DNA of 63,197 nucleotides, the filler included, from Hyphochytrium catenoides (lineage: Eukaryota > Protista > Hyphochytriomycota): the NCBI GenBank assembly GCA_900088475.1. It is 9 parts of 9 records of this genome, joined end to end, with 100 filler letters (N's around TTAATTAATTAA, not from the genome) between each part and the next. Parts side by side here need not be neighbours in the genome. Positions count along the whole stretch, not along the records: positions 1 to 12,258 come from FLMG01001285.1; 8 more parts are not named here. One strand, given 5' to 3'. The position numbers were made by a program, and so were the translations under genes. The notes beneath the pieces are model-generated. The model was given only the letters and a program-made list of their open reading frames with translations, was not told where the DNA came from and searched no databases. Of the stretch, positions 1 through 12,358 are shown piece after piece (position 1 is the stretch's first letter; every line of letters begins with the position of its first letter).

Positions 1-166
1 GAAGGTTCTATCGCGAACGGAGACCAGGTTCGGAGACCAGATTGCGAAGGCCAGCAAGAGAAATGGTGCTCTGGGGCTCCTGGCGGAAGAGGATGACGCA
101 ATAATGAAAGAGACGTCTAGCCGCCAATCGCCGCGTCTGCGGTCTCTGGCTAGCCTCCACCTTCCT

Positions 167-1346
167 TGTAAGGCCTCTAAATCCTAAGCTGTGCCTTATC
201 AGGAAATCCCGATCTGAATAAACAAACTTCACAACTGCAAATTGTTCGCCAGTCTTAGACGAACTTGGCCTAGCGTCAACGCGACTCGCTCTTAGCCTGT
301 CTCAGAACTATTCAGCCAACCATGTCTTAGCCTGACTGAAGCAAACCGTGGCTGTCTGTCTGAAGCTGCCAGTTCACCGCCTGTACAAGCAGCTAGTCTA
401 CTATCGATTGCCTAATGGTTGGGTCTATGCGCTAGTGATAAGCAGACCGTGTCACAGCCTGTCTCAAGCTGCCGACTGCGCCTATACAAGCGACGAGTGT
501 ACTCACGCCATTAGGAAAGACCCTGCGCAAGCGACAAGTGTACTCAAGCCAATGAAAGCGGTTCTATGCCTGTATAGGCGACAAGTGTACTCACGCCATT
601 AGGAAAGACCCTGCGCAAGCGACAAGTGTACTCAAGCCAATGAAAGCGGTTCTATGCCTGTATAGGCGACGAGTGTACTCACGCCATTAGGAAAGACCCT
701 GTGCGGCAATAAGTGTACTCAAGCCAATGTTAAGCGGTTCTATGTAGGCGACGAGTGTACTCACGCCATTAGGAAAGACCCTGTGCAGCGATAGGTGTAC
801 TCAAGCCAATGTTAAGCGGTTCTAAGCCTGTATAAGCGACGAATGTACACCCGCCATTAGGAAAGACCCTGTGTGGTGGATTTAAGCGGTTCTACGCGCC
901 AGCAGAAACGAGCCGTATCTTAACCTGTCTCAAGGTGCCGGTTCTTCTCCGAGCCAATGGTAAGCGGTTCGATGCCTGTACAGGTGACGAGTGTACTCCC
1001 ACCTGAGGCTAGACCCTGTATGGTGGTGGCAAGTGTACTGACGCCAGTGACAAGCGGAGTTACGCGCCAGCAGGAAACGAGCCGTGTCTTAGCCAAGCCT
1101 GTCTCAGGCCGAATCTCCGAGGCAGTGTTAACCCTGACTGCTCCTGCTATACAGGGCAGTGTTAACCTTGACTGAACTGCTTGACTGTTCCTGCTGCGTC
1201 GAATAGGTGCAGTCAGCTGTGCCTCCCCTCTCCGTTGCCGCTGTGTCTAAGTCTGGGCAGACGGCAGAGGCTGAGGCTGACCGAGCAAATCTGAGACTGA
1301 GGTCCGAGGTCAGCCCCATCCTCTACCGCGCCAGGAAAACCTAATA
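167..1346. mobile_element. LTR-like dispersed repeat (possible solo LTR or non-autonomous element) containing the 88-bp array
   Basis: Begins TGTAAGG at 167 and ends CCTAATA at 1346, an imperfect inverted terminus. Segment 1182-1340 is clearly homologous to 35468-35625, which ends ...GTTACA. It is microsatellite-free, unlike its flanks. Boundaries are inferred. Confidence 0.4.
489..900. repeat. ~88-bp tandem repeat array (about 5 copies, decaying on to ~1100)
   Basis: TTAGGAAAGACCCTG recurs at 511, 599, 687, 769 and 857 (spacing 88, 88, 82, 88). Each unit contains two related halves beginning GCGAC(G/A)AGTGTACTCA. Confidence 0.92.
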
Positions 1347-1404
1347 TCCCCCCGGATATTCAACCGACACAACCACCAACAAGCCCTAAGTTGATGGAAA
1401 ATCA

Positions 1405-1442
<38 letters not shown>

Positions 1443-1567
1443 CTGTCTCTCCCTCTCTCTCATTCTCTCGTTCCCTCTCTCACTTTCTCTCTCTCTCCCT
1501 CTCTCTCTGTCTCTCACTTCTCAGTCTCTGTCTCTCTGTCTCGCGCTTCTCACTCTCACTCTCTCTG

Positions 1568-1612
<45 letters not shown>

Positions 1613-2387
1613 TTCCCCACTAGTGTACTCCGCCGTCAGGTTCATACTCCTTCTTTATTATCGTTCGCTAAAAGAGCCCCCAATGATACTACGTAGTGGC
1701 CTGGTGATGATGAGAAGAGCTTGTTCGTACCTTTGAGTCTTCTCCTCCAAAGTAGCTCCGTTCTAGCGCCAGGACGCTTTGTTGAGAATCTTTCTCTTTT
1801 CTTTTGGGGTCTCTATGGCAAGGAAGATTATCCTTCTTCATTCCTTGTCCTACTCTCTTCCTTCACTATTTTCTCTAGATGTTTGTTCTTAGCTCATGAA
1901 CTTTTCCTCTCTCCGATGTTATCTCTTCTTTCTTCCTTCTGATCCTACCATTTTATTGCCGAGTCTCTTGCATGCACGCATGTGAGGATAGAGGATGGAG
2001 GATCCCGTGGAGACCATTCAATGATCTTCTAATGACACTCTCTGCTCTCTCTATCTTTTCCTCTGGAGTGTCTCCTCTCTCTCTCTGCTTGCTCTCTTGC
2101 ATCTTCTCAACTTCATCGCTTTGCATCATCAGGCTTCATGGTACTTACTCTCATTGTTCTGATAGGTGTACAACGACAAAGAAGAGCTCCTTCCAACCAA
2201 CCTGCTGCCATCTCATCACGGTAGTTGACGTCGCTTGGGCCACGTTCTGACCATCATGGGTTAAGTGCTTGCGCAGCTCCTCCCTTTGTAAACAAACATG
2301 TCACACTCTCTTGACCTGTCCATGCATTCAAGCTGCCGTTATCGTTAGGGTCAGTCAACGCTAGGTAGTCGAAGGAATATAGAGAAT

Positions 2388-2449
2388 TGGGGCTGACCTG
2401 TTTTCTCCTTCACTTTCCCCAAATTTGCTCGGTCGGTCAGCCTCAGCCT
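2388..2449 (+). repeat. Short inverted copy of the same dispersed repeat
   Basis: TGGGGCTGACCT...AAATTTGCTCGGTCGGTCAGCCTCAGCCT matches the reverse complement of 1268-1318. Confidence 0.7.
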
Positions 2450-2969
2450 TCACCGCAAGCTCAGAACCAAGAGACATGGCCAACGGAGAGGGAAGCCACA
2501 GCTGACGAGACCTGTGCAGTAGTGCCGCGGAACCGTCAGGCTGAGACACGAACGGCATGACCTCATAAAGGCGTAGGTCCTCAGTCAGCCCAGAACAGAC
2601 TTCCTAATAGTAAGACCTTTTCTATGTTGACTGGCTCCTTTTTACAGGCAGAATGCTGGTCACGGAGGCATAGAGGAAGAGAGAAACAGCAGAAGGCACA
2701 ACCGAGAAGAGAGCATCGAGCTTTCTTCAAAGAGGAAGCACCAACAACCTTGAAAGTCGTTGAGAATTATTTGAAAGGGTTATTGCATAGTAGATCCGCC
2801 TTTAAGACGGCTCCTGGCAATTGCCGCCATTCCCCTGACTCCTGCATCTTCTACGCTAAGAAGATCATGTCTCTTACTTTCCTTCATCGCAACATCAGCA
2901 CATTCATCTCCGCTGTTATTACTCTAAGCCCCTGCCATCATCGTCCTACGTGCACTTGCCCGCGGTGAA

Positions 2970-4250
2970 GCTGGTGCCGCTTTTACAACCAGCATTCGAG
3001 CTGATAAAAAGTTGAAAAGACGAGACGGGGGTATACACGGTTGGAAAAGACGTATCGCACGATTCCCACCAAGGCAGGCTGGCACCGGGTTGTCAACGAA
3101 CAGTGGTCCGCCTGCATAATAGGAAAGAATCAAGAGCAGCATGAACAAGTAGTCAGTGCATCTCTCCTCACTCCAACCCGGACCCATTCCTGGGTGCTCT
3201 CCTGACCTGAATCGCCCAAGTAAGACCCTGTTCCGCTTCCGTAGTTGCAGAGCACATGGTTTTGAATCCAATACCAGCCGCCCCCTGGTAGTCTTTGGTC
3301 ACCGAGGTCGCTTCGGCATTGGGCTGGAGGGAGGTGGCTGACATTTGTCTCGCGAAGAACTGTGTGGATTTGGGCCCAAGGAGTGGCGCCCCACCTGATG
3401 TAAGGGAAAAGGATGGCCAGTCACCAGCCAGAGACTGTGGATCCTCTAGTCTCATAAGCGAGACCTCTGCTGCCATCATCACCCACTCTGCGGCGAGCCC
3501 TTAGCCTATGTCGTAGCTATGAACGGTTCCTTCACCTAAATACTATCGCCCGACATCACTCCCGAACAACCTCTGTCTCGTGCGGGATATTAAATATTGA
3601 CGCTCCCTGGGGCTGGCGCTGACACGAAGGGAGGAGAGAGAGGAGCTCACTCCATACCCGATAAGCTTGTACTTCGTGTACACAGTGAAGTTTGAGAAAG
3701 TGCCAAAGTCTATCTCGGGGTAGGACGTCAACATAGGGCCTCCCGATACTTTGATGATGGCAGAGTCAATGTTAAAAGTGTCAGCGACAAAGTTGCGATG
3801 GACGCGAATGCTCTGAACTTGCATCTTGACTCCCTGCTCCGAGGTATCGGACCAGTTATAGCGGTTGCCTTCCAATGAGATGTTCTGGCAACTATCTTAC
3901 CTAATGCAATCTGGCGAGTACCACGAAGAAGATGACCAAGCAAGGAAGTTGCTTAGAAGAGGAAGGAAACATGGAAGAGAAGGTCTAGAAAAGAAAGGAA
4001 CAATGGAGAAAGGGGCCAAATTTGGCAATGACGAACCGACAGCAGAGTAGTAGATTTCAGAACATAGTTGTGATAAAGAGCTTAATAGAGTGAATGATGA
4101 AAATCCTTACGGGCAGCGCAGAACGACTTCTTTCCCTGGAATCATTGAGGAGACATCAGCCCGACAGTGAACTTGCCTTATCAGGCATTATCGTGCCGCC
4201 AACAACGGAAGGCATGACTGCAAAGTCCTCGGACGGTGCGTCGATTGGAG
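2970..4250 (-). pseudogene. Degenerate trypsin-like (S1) serine protease
   Basis: On the minus strand, in order: PSVVGG (IVGG-like N-terminus, ~4200), SFCAA, VQSIRVHRNF...NIDSAIIKV (catalytic Asp region), KLIGYG, TMC, SYLGDS|GGPLF across a GT-AG intron (~3205/3112), then LVGIV. Several frameshifts and stops; no clear AAHC motif. Confidence 0.65.
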
Positions 4251-5180
4251 TGCGATCCGAAAGGGCGAGATCTAGAGGCGTATGAATCTTCCCATGCCCT
4301 GCCGCTGCAAAGCTAGACTGGACCAGGAAAGAACCTGCCAGGAGGAGTAGGTAAGAAGTGACCGCTTTTATCCTTCTTTGATAATTGAGAGTGTATTGTG
4401 CGTCGCCTCCTCGATGAAGAGAGTGGCTTTCCTAGTGGTTGTTGGCTTTACCGATAAGTGGGAGGTAAGCGGAAAAATGTATTATGAATAGTCTCCGCAG
4501 CATGGCGCGTTGCCTGAGAGCTTAGAGCGTGCCTTCCGGCGATAGGACGACGAGAAGACGGGCGACGAGTACCACGACTATGAGTGTGCCGGTCTCCTCA
4601 TCCTCTCATATCAGCTTGCTGCCACCACCAACCAGCTGCGCATGATGTAGGGGCTCCATCTCGCTGTTGCTGTGGTTTGGGGCATTTCCCGGCGACTAGA
4701 GAAGAAGGGAGCGAGGAGAGGCGGGCGCGAGAGCGAGAGAGAGAGGGGAAAGAGGAGAAAATAAAGAGAAAGAAGGAGAAGAGAGAGGGCTCATAAGTGT
4801 ACCAGAACTACCACCGAAGAAAGAAGGATAGAGCCATCAAGAATCGGAAATAGTAGAACAAATGGAGGAGGAACCCTCTCCACCGCCACAATCTTTAGCA
4901 GGAAAGCAGGTTCGGGAGACTTGGCTCCACCAGCAGAGGGAGCGAGCCTCGACACTTATTTGCGAGCCCGAAAGGCGACCATCGAAGAAGAAATTCTGAG
5001 AGGAGTTGTCCGGGACTTTGAAACGCTTGTCTCTTTTTCATTTTCTGCTCCCTCATCCTTCGTCCTCTTCTACTTCTCCTTCCTTCAACTGTGTCTTCTT
5101 CCCCTTCTTCTTCTACTTCTTCTCCTTCTCCCTTGTTTGTAGTAGTTGCTGAAACTTGAAAACAGTTCATTATAGAGGTA

Positions 5181-7860
5181 TTATCCTAACCTCATCGCTA
5201 CTAACAGACTAATTCTAGAAGAAGAAGAAAGTGAAGCAACCATGTCATCATCAGCAACCATCATGTCATCACCGTCGAGCTCGGCCGTCGCGAGACAAGC
5301 AAGAGAAGGGTCCAGCTGTTCAGGAGGAATGCGCTTCAAGATTTGAAGTGCATTTTCTTCGTGAATGGCCAAAGACACTCGCGTATGAAGGCGTAGGCCC
5401 ATAGCTAAGCGAGACCAAGGACGAAGATGCCGAGAACCATCAAGAGCGGAGCGGTCACATTGAAGCTTCACCAGGTGTCCCACACAATGAACGACGCCTT
5501 TCATAGCTCCCCCAAAAGACTCCCAGACGAGCGCAATAAACTGCAGCCCTACAGCCTTACAAGGAACCTCATACTTCTTTAGCTTCGCTTTCTCAGACAA
5601 ACGGCCTCGATAGCCAGCGTGGACCGCTGCATAGGAAAGGGTTCTAGATTGCAGCGAGTCCGTGATGGACACATCGAAAGCCGTATGTTGATAAGAGTCC
5701 GAGAAGCCACGAACCAACAGGTATCCCGGTTTCAGATTCGACCCTGGAAGGAGATGACGAGGTTCACGAGAGACTTTGAGGCCAGAGTCCCGAAAAGCAT
5801 TAAACAGAAGGTCTTGAACACGACGATGACGCTGATTAGCACCACCACCGCGGCGACAGACGATACCATGATCTCCAAAGACATCCATATTGGGCAAGAG
5901 CAGGTCTGACAAGTGAGGGAGACAGAAGACCGCACAAGAGGGATTTCCGAAGAAATGCCCCGGCATGTGGGAGAGAAGTAGCACGTAAGCGAGCCCTTGC
6001 GCGCAGATCCTGGTCACCACGAGACAACAGCAGGGCCTTGGCCGAGGCCGACCAAACAAACCGAGACGAGCAGTGCTGAAGTTTAGTCTCTTCTCGAGAG
6101 ATGAGACGAGAGAAGGGCAGACACACTTCCACGTCAGTGACTTCAAGCGTATTCCAGAAGCCGTCGAGCAACTCGTCAGCTAACCGAGGAGAGTAAACCT
6201 CGGCGTCCGGCATGCGTAGCAGGTGCTTGATTAACTGGGCCGAGGCACCCAAGGACCCAATGTAAGCAGGAATCGCCAGGCAAGCGGCCGACGCAAGACC
6301 CAGGCCGCCCAGGCGGACGGGGAGGGTAGCTTGTTGCCAAACAGCCTCCGGGAGAGAAGGAAGGCCCAGAAGTCGAGCGAGGAGGAAAGCTCGTAGACGG
6401 AGGTCAATGTTAGAGGACAGAGAGGCCACTTGAGGAGACGGACAGCCGCGAAGCAGATGGTTATCTTGGCATAACCGAGACAACCGTGAAACAGACAAAG
6501 TTGGGTCTGAGGAGAGGGCACAAGACTAAGCACCGCATCGCCAGCATCCAGACGAGAGAGGACAGAAGATGCATACGAAGAGACGAAGGAGTCGGAGCCA
6601 ATGGGAACACCTAATAGTTCCACACCATCCATACTTACTAGGCGAGAGACCGCCGCAGGGAAAAGCGGAGGACGCGCCGGGTCCATATTAGGCCACCATA
6701 GTTCGCACTTGCCGAGGTTCAGCTCCAAGCCAATGTATGGGCTACGTTCTTGAAGAATGGCAAAGGCCGCGGTGACGTCCTCGACCGAGCCAATAAGAGT
6801 GCCATCATCAAGATACCATGCATGAAGGTCCAGAGAGGAACAGACGCAGCAATATCAGTAACGATGGGATGGAGAGCTAAAGCGAAGAGCAAAGGACCGA
6901 GAGGGTCGCCTTGCTGGACACCACAGGAGCTGGCAAGCAGATCAGAGCCGTGAAACAGATGGGATGGGGTAGAATAACAATAGGAGACCCAAGGGAGAAG
7001 AGAGGGAAAGTGCTCACTGACGCCCTCCAAGATGGCCGGACGGTGTACCGAGTTAAAAGCATTCTTAAAGTCAACCTTCAACATGACCTTATCCTCGTTG
7101 GCACCAAGCTCAGCGACGACTTTGCGGACAGCGTGAATGGTACCTTCTGCGCCGGCAGGGACCGCAACGCCCACCTGGAGGCGAGAGAAGAGGGACAAAG
7201 CATGAGACTTCACCATGTCACAGCAGCACTTTGACACCAATCGCCGGAGAGTTTCGCCCAGGGCGATGGGGCGAAGGCCGCCATCCTTCTTGGTCAATCA
7301 AACAGTGGAGCACCAGCGACAAAGGGAGAAAGATCCGGGGGTGCCAGGCCCTGGGCCAGGAGCGATGTCAGTGCTGACAGAGAAAGGCAAAGGGCTTCGC
7401 GAGCGCCGGGAGAAGGTGTCCAGAGACAGAGATCTTTCAGATGCTGAGGCCGCAGCTGACTGGCGCCAGCAGCGGAGCCAGGAGGGAAGGAAGAAAGCCT
7501 AGCGGTGATAGAAGAGGGAGAGAAAGCGTCATAGTGAAGAGGAAGGAAAGGGGCGGGGGAGAGAGTATGAAGAGGAGGAGGAATGGGAACACCCACGAGC
7601 TGCTTGGTCCGGAGGATAGAGAGAGTTTCCTCCGAGGGAGTGGCAATGCCATCTGATACTAGGGCAGCAACAGCTTTTGCAAACAAGCCATCTTCAGCCA
7701 GTTTGGAAGCGCGTCGGACCTGTGCCTGGAGAGAGGAGTCCTCGATGGAGGAAGGGTCGCTAGCTGTCCGAGGTGAGGGCAGTGTTTTTGTAATAGATAA
7801 AGAGAGATCAGATAGAAACAGAAACCTCAGAGGAGAAGTAAGAGACGGAGAAAGATAGGC
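5181..7860 (-). mobile_element. Non-LTR retrotransposon, CRE-like (RT + CCHC finger + restriction-like endonuclease), frameshifted
   Basis: RT motifs KKDGGLRPIALGETLRRL, KVDFKNAFNSVHR, GVQQGDPLGPLLF, HAWYLDDG (~6800, shifted frame), LNLGKCELW, LLGVPIG and LPVRLGGLG. Then C..C...DHGIVC and RLE motifs RH...REP...KPG(Y)...FDVSITD...KLKKY. Split over 5 overlapping ORFs by frameshifts. Confidence 0.93.
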
Positions 7861-8084
7861 AGGAAGAACAGTGTCATACAGAGGAAGAGTTCGTCTTTAA
7901 TGCAAAAGAGTTAGCGAGGTCTTTGCCGCTTCGGCTGGCCAAGCTTAGAGCCTTACCCCAGACAACAGGGCGGTGTCGTAAAGGAAGCCTTTGATGGGGC
8001 TCCTAAGATGAATGGCTTTTTCTCTAGAACGAACTTTTTTCCTGACTTAGTATTCTTTTATTAGCAAGGACAGATCGAATTAGG

Positions 8085-8381
8085 CCGAAAGGGAGCAGCA
8101 GAGAAGGAATTATATAAAGGAAACTGAAGAGAAGAGAGAAAGAAGAGACGAGGCAGGGATAGATAGAACTAGACAAGAAGATAAAGCAGCTTCCTTCGTA
8201 AGAGATGCATTCTAAGCAGGACAACAGATCGTTGGCGCGGCCGCAGGGAGCAGCAGACAGCAGAGGAAAGAGCAGAAGAAAAAGAGGAATGAAGAGAAGA
8301 GAGAAAGAAGAGACAAGATAGGAAAAGATAGAACAACTAGACAAGAAGGTAGAGCCGCCTCCTTCGTAAGGAGCTACATTC
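8085..8381. repeat. Imperfect ~165-bp direct duplication upstream of the retrotransposon (possible 5' UTR repeat)
   Basis: GAAGAGAAGAGAGAAAGAAGAGAC...ACTAGACAAGAAG...TCCTTCGTAAG occurs at ~8126-8202 and ~8291-8370. Confidence 0.6.
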
Positions 8382-8413
8382 ATAGCCAATCGTTGGTCCC
8401 GGACGACTGTTGG

Positions 8414-8880
8414 CTACCCTTTCTCCATCGCTAGTTCCGGGAAAGGCCGTTCCCGTGGCTCCTCGTGACGATTATCTTCTCCCTGAGCGCCTTTTCTTCT
8501 CGCATCCATAATGTGGTCGTAGTGCTTGCTCCAAGAGGTAAGTAAGACGAGAGCTCGTATGTCCAAGGAGAGCGTAGTCAATGCTAAAGAAAGGAAGAGA
8601 ATGGTTCCCGCCACCTTTGGCGTCAATTCTGTCACAGAATCTCAGAAGAGTAGGGTCTCCGAGGGTTAGACTTAGGCTTACTCGACCGACGCCAATTCCC
8701 GGTAACAGGCGCAGGGTGAAGACCAAACGAAAGATTATGAAGAACGAGAGTTCCTACGCCGTACAGGTAAACGCCACCGCAATCCCCCACCATGATGAGC
8801 CTCCTCAAGCAGCGGGGCAGCGGTGGCGCCGAACGTGGTAGAGTTGCGGAGTTGATGAGAGTCGGCTGAGGACTCCAGTC
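8414..8880 (-). pseudogene. Possible degenerate membrane transporter C-terminus (AEC/PIN-like?)
   Basis: Hydrophobic fragments FGATAAPLL, FFIIFRLVFTL and KVAGTILFLSLALTTLSL lie in different frames. Weak resemblance only. Confidence 0.2.
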
Positions 8881-11800
8881 CAGCCAAGTATTGTGGCAAA
8901 GGAGGAGAGCACACCAAGAGAAATTGAGCCAAGAGGAAGAGAGAAAGAGGAGAGTGGCAGACAGACAGACAGGGAATGGTAGGGAAAGCGAGACCGAGCC
9001 AGACACAGAGAAAGAGACGGAGAAAGGCGGAGAAAACGGAAAGAAGAAGAGAAAAAAGAGCACCAGAGGCTAAGAAGACCGTCTTCTGTACTTGCAGAGT
9101 CACTTTTTTCTTCTGGTCATCACTAATGCTACTTCTTCCTCTTCTTTCGTGCTTGGAAGTTCTTTTGAGAGTTCTTCTGTCTTCTTCTGTTGTCAACGTT
9201 GTCCTCCGCGGTCTGGCTCCTGCTTCTTTCCTTCTTGGCCATTTTCAACATCTTTCTCTTGTTTCTTCTTTTGAGGGTTCTTCTCCCCTGCTCCTTCTCC
9301 TTTGATATAGTGCTGCTTTCTATAAGGAGTAGTTCTTCTTCTTTCTCGTTCTTGCTCTCTTTTCTTCTCTTTCTCTTATCCTTCTTTTTGCCTAGCTCTA
9401 GGATCCACTGGCCATAACCTGCTTTGCAGCAAGAGGCGACGTTTCTCTTCTATAGAACTACTTGGCTCCTAATAAGGGATAGCAGCACCAAGACCATCAT
9501 CATCATACTCGAAAAAGCAAGCAAGACAACAAGGGGCCGACTTCTGACGCGGGTTCAAAGAGTCAGGGATGGCTAGAACGCCTCTATGTGTGTGCAAATA
9601 TATATTCATCTGGGATATCCAGCTGCTCTCATCATGTAGACCTCCTTGTATATCGGTTGCCCTGTCTAGACCTCCTTGTTCTTGCTTTCAAAGGTAGGGC
9701 AAACCCGTTTAACATCGTCAATCCTCTTGTCCCCAAAGCTCAGGATCATGAAGGAAGAGACTGCATTGTCGATTTATCTCTTTTAATGAAGACAAAGTCC
9801 GGGGGAGTGTTTAACTTTTCTCCTCAACAAGAGAAGATATCGTCTTCTCTGGAGGATGAGGCACCTCTTGCACTTCCTCCGACGTCTCGCCGAAGAGACA
9901 TAGTATTGCCTCTTTGTCTCTTTGTGCCTCTCTCTATATCTCTATTATGTTCTCGCTCCTTGCTCAGTTCCTTGATGTCTTATATTCTCCTTCCCCTACT
10001 AAACCTTTTATCAATATGACAGGCAATGCCGAAGCGACGAGATCACTTTGCTGCAGAAACTGCAAAGCGAAAGAATACTGGCAGAGAAAATCTTGATGAT
10101 GGACTCTCTCTCGCTTCTCTTTCTGCCTCTCTCTGTCTCTCTGTGTCTTTCTCTCCTCTGCCTTTCTCTCTTCGTCTTCTCTCTCTTCGTCTTCTCTCTC
10201 TCTATTCTTCTCTCTCTTTATTCTCTTTCCTCTACCTCGCTTCTTGATAAGCACCATAGTCCTTATCTCATTTACTTCCTTCACTAGTCTCAAGAGAATC
10301 CCTCTAGCTGGGGAGACGGTGGCAGATAACGCTGGAGCTTCCTCTTTCTTCGTCTCCGCTTGAGCTGTCACTTCCTGAGTGCAGAACAGCAACAGAGAGA
10401 CCGGGGAGCAGAGAGAGCGATCGATCGAGAGAGAGAGAGAGAGAGAGACGCATAAAAGAAGGAGTTGATAGACAGTGAGAACGGGACCCAGTGATGAAGT
10501 AGATAAAGGGACTTGGACAATGAAAGAGAGAGACACAAGAGAGGAGAAAGGGCTTATCGATGGAGAAGAAGACCTTGACTCCCTTGGCTTCGAATAAGAA
10601 AGAAAACATGGCAGGGAGAGATAGAGTGTGTCGACCAGCAGAGAGGGTCCGATGGAGCGGAGTCTTCTCTGCATGACCAGGGTAGCGGATCATGAAGACA
10701 CTTCTCTCTCTCTCTTCTTCTTTCGCCAGTCCCCTCCTTCTGATCCTTCCTCCTTCACCAGAATGGAGTGAGGGGAGAGAGTCACCAAAGAGAGAGAGAA
10801 GAAGAGGGAGATCTGGATGCTCAGCTTGCAATGCTGAGATGGAGAAAGATCCAGAAGCACAGTCAGATCAGGCAGACGATCGAGCTCCTGAGATGGAGAA
10901 AGAGCTTCGCAAGGGGCAGAATGAAGCGCGCGCGAGAGAGAAAAATGCATGGAGAAGATTGGTCAGGAGGCACTTAGTAGTAAGCCTCTGAAGGTAGACC
11001 TTTTTCTCGGTCTCTCTCTCTCTCTGACTCTCTCTCTTTTCTCTCTCTCTCTTCCTTCCTATCTTTCTTTCACTGTTCCTCTCTCGCCCTCCACCCTTAC
11101 CTCTATCTCTTTGCTGTCTCCTCTCTTCCTCTAGACACTTTCCCTTTTCATCTCCTCTCTCTCTTCTGCTTGCGATGTCCCATTTTCCCTTCCCTATTTC
11201 TTCCTCTCGCCTAGAAGCCCTAATTTGTACGAGTATTCCCTTCCTGCCTGTCCCTATACCCCATCCCTCTTGCTCTCTTGCTCTCTTCTCTTTTGCTTTC
11301 TCATCCCCTCCTTACTCATGCCCTTCCCCTTCTCTCACCTTCTTCTTCCTTTCTCTCTCTTTCATACTCTCTCTTATCTTCCCTCTCTCCCTATTGTTCT
11401 TTCTCTCGTCTTCTCTCTCGCTCTCACCTCATCCCTATTCCGTTTCTTTGTAGTTGTAGCTGGACCTTGTTACCTCGAACATCTAGAAAAGAGACAACGA
11501 CAGACCGTGAGAAGGGTGCCGCGAGAGGATCTCAAGAAGAAGCGTTAATAATGCATTAAAAGCTTAGAAGAAGACTCTGGCGTCTTCTCATGGTGTGTCC
11601 TTGTGAGAGAAGAAACAAGGCTTACAAGGAGAAGAAGAGCTCTCTCCGATTTTCTTCGCTGTACAATTCTATGGACGCAAACGGGAAGCGAGCTTGCAAT
11701 CTCTTGGAAGCCCGGCCAACATAGTTGTCGGTGAGCTCTCTCTCTCTTTCTCTTTCCTCTTCATCTCTTTGCTTCTTTCTCTCTAACTTTCGTCGACCTC

Positions 11801-11954
11801 CCTTTCCCGCACCCTGACCTATCCTTCCTCTCCTCTTCTATAACTATGCAAGAGTGAATTGACTTCCGCTACCCATTGCTCTGCTAATATCGTACGGCGA
11901 CCCTGNNNNNNNNNNNNNNNNNNNNNNNNNNNNNNNNNNNNNNNNNNNNNNNNA

Positions 11955-12258
11955 ATCTTAGACCTCTAGCTGCACAGCCAAAACTTGGAGGGTCGGGTTG
12001 CCTACCGGAAGTCTGTCTGTTAACCCTGTGGCGACGGGGTACGCAACGTCCACATTGTGTCCTGTGTTCCTCTAGTAAGCGGTTTCTGTCAGCAGCGGTA
12101 ATGGGGATCACAAAGCGGAAGCCTGTCTTACAACCCTTCTACTGCCGGGCACCAACGTACATGATGTACACTTGCCTTGCTCCACTGTATTGTATCGGTA
12201 TTGGGCTGTAGCTAGCTGTACACCTTTCGAGGGGTTGCAGAGCGGAAGCCTGTCTTAC
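11955..12258. repeat. Gap-flanked repeat fragment with ~127-bp periodicity
   Basis: AGCGGAAGCCTGTCTTAC occurs at ~12114 and ~12241. The segment is microsatellite-free and bounded by gaps. Confidence 0.5.
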
Positions 12259-12358
12259 NNNNNNNNNNNNNNNNNNNNNNNNNNNNNNNNNNNNNNNNNN
12301 NNTTAATTAATTAANNNNNNNNNNNNNNNNNNNNNNNNNNNNNNNNNNNNNNNNNNNN
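12259..12358. other. Artificial contig linker N44-TTAATTAATTAA-N44 (also at 43682, 46935, 48583, 50113, 55660, 58914, 61402)
   Basis: Identical 12-mer with stops in all frames, embedded in N runs eight times. Confidence 0.97.

Noticed and set aside
489-900. CRISPR-like array
   Set aside because: The sequences between conserved blocks are themselves repeated (no unique spacers), there are no cas genes, and the context is eukaryotic.
12303-12314. Recurrent TTAATTAATTAA palindrome as a biological motif
   Set aside because: It always sits inside N runs totalling 100 bp, so it is an assembly linker.
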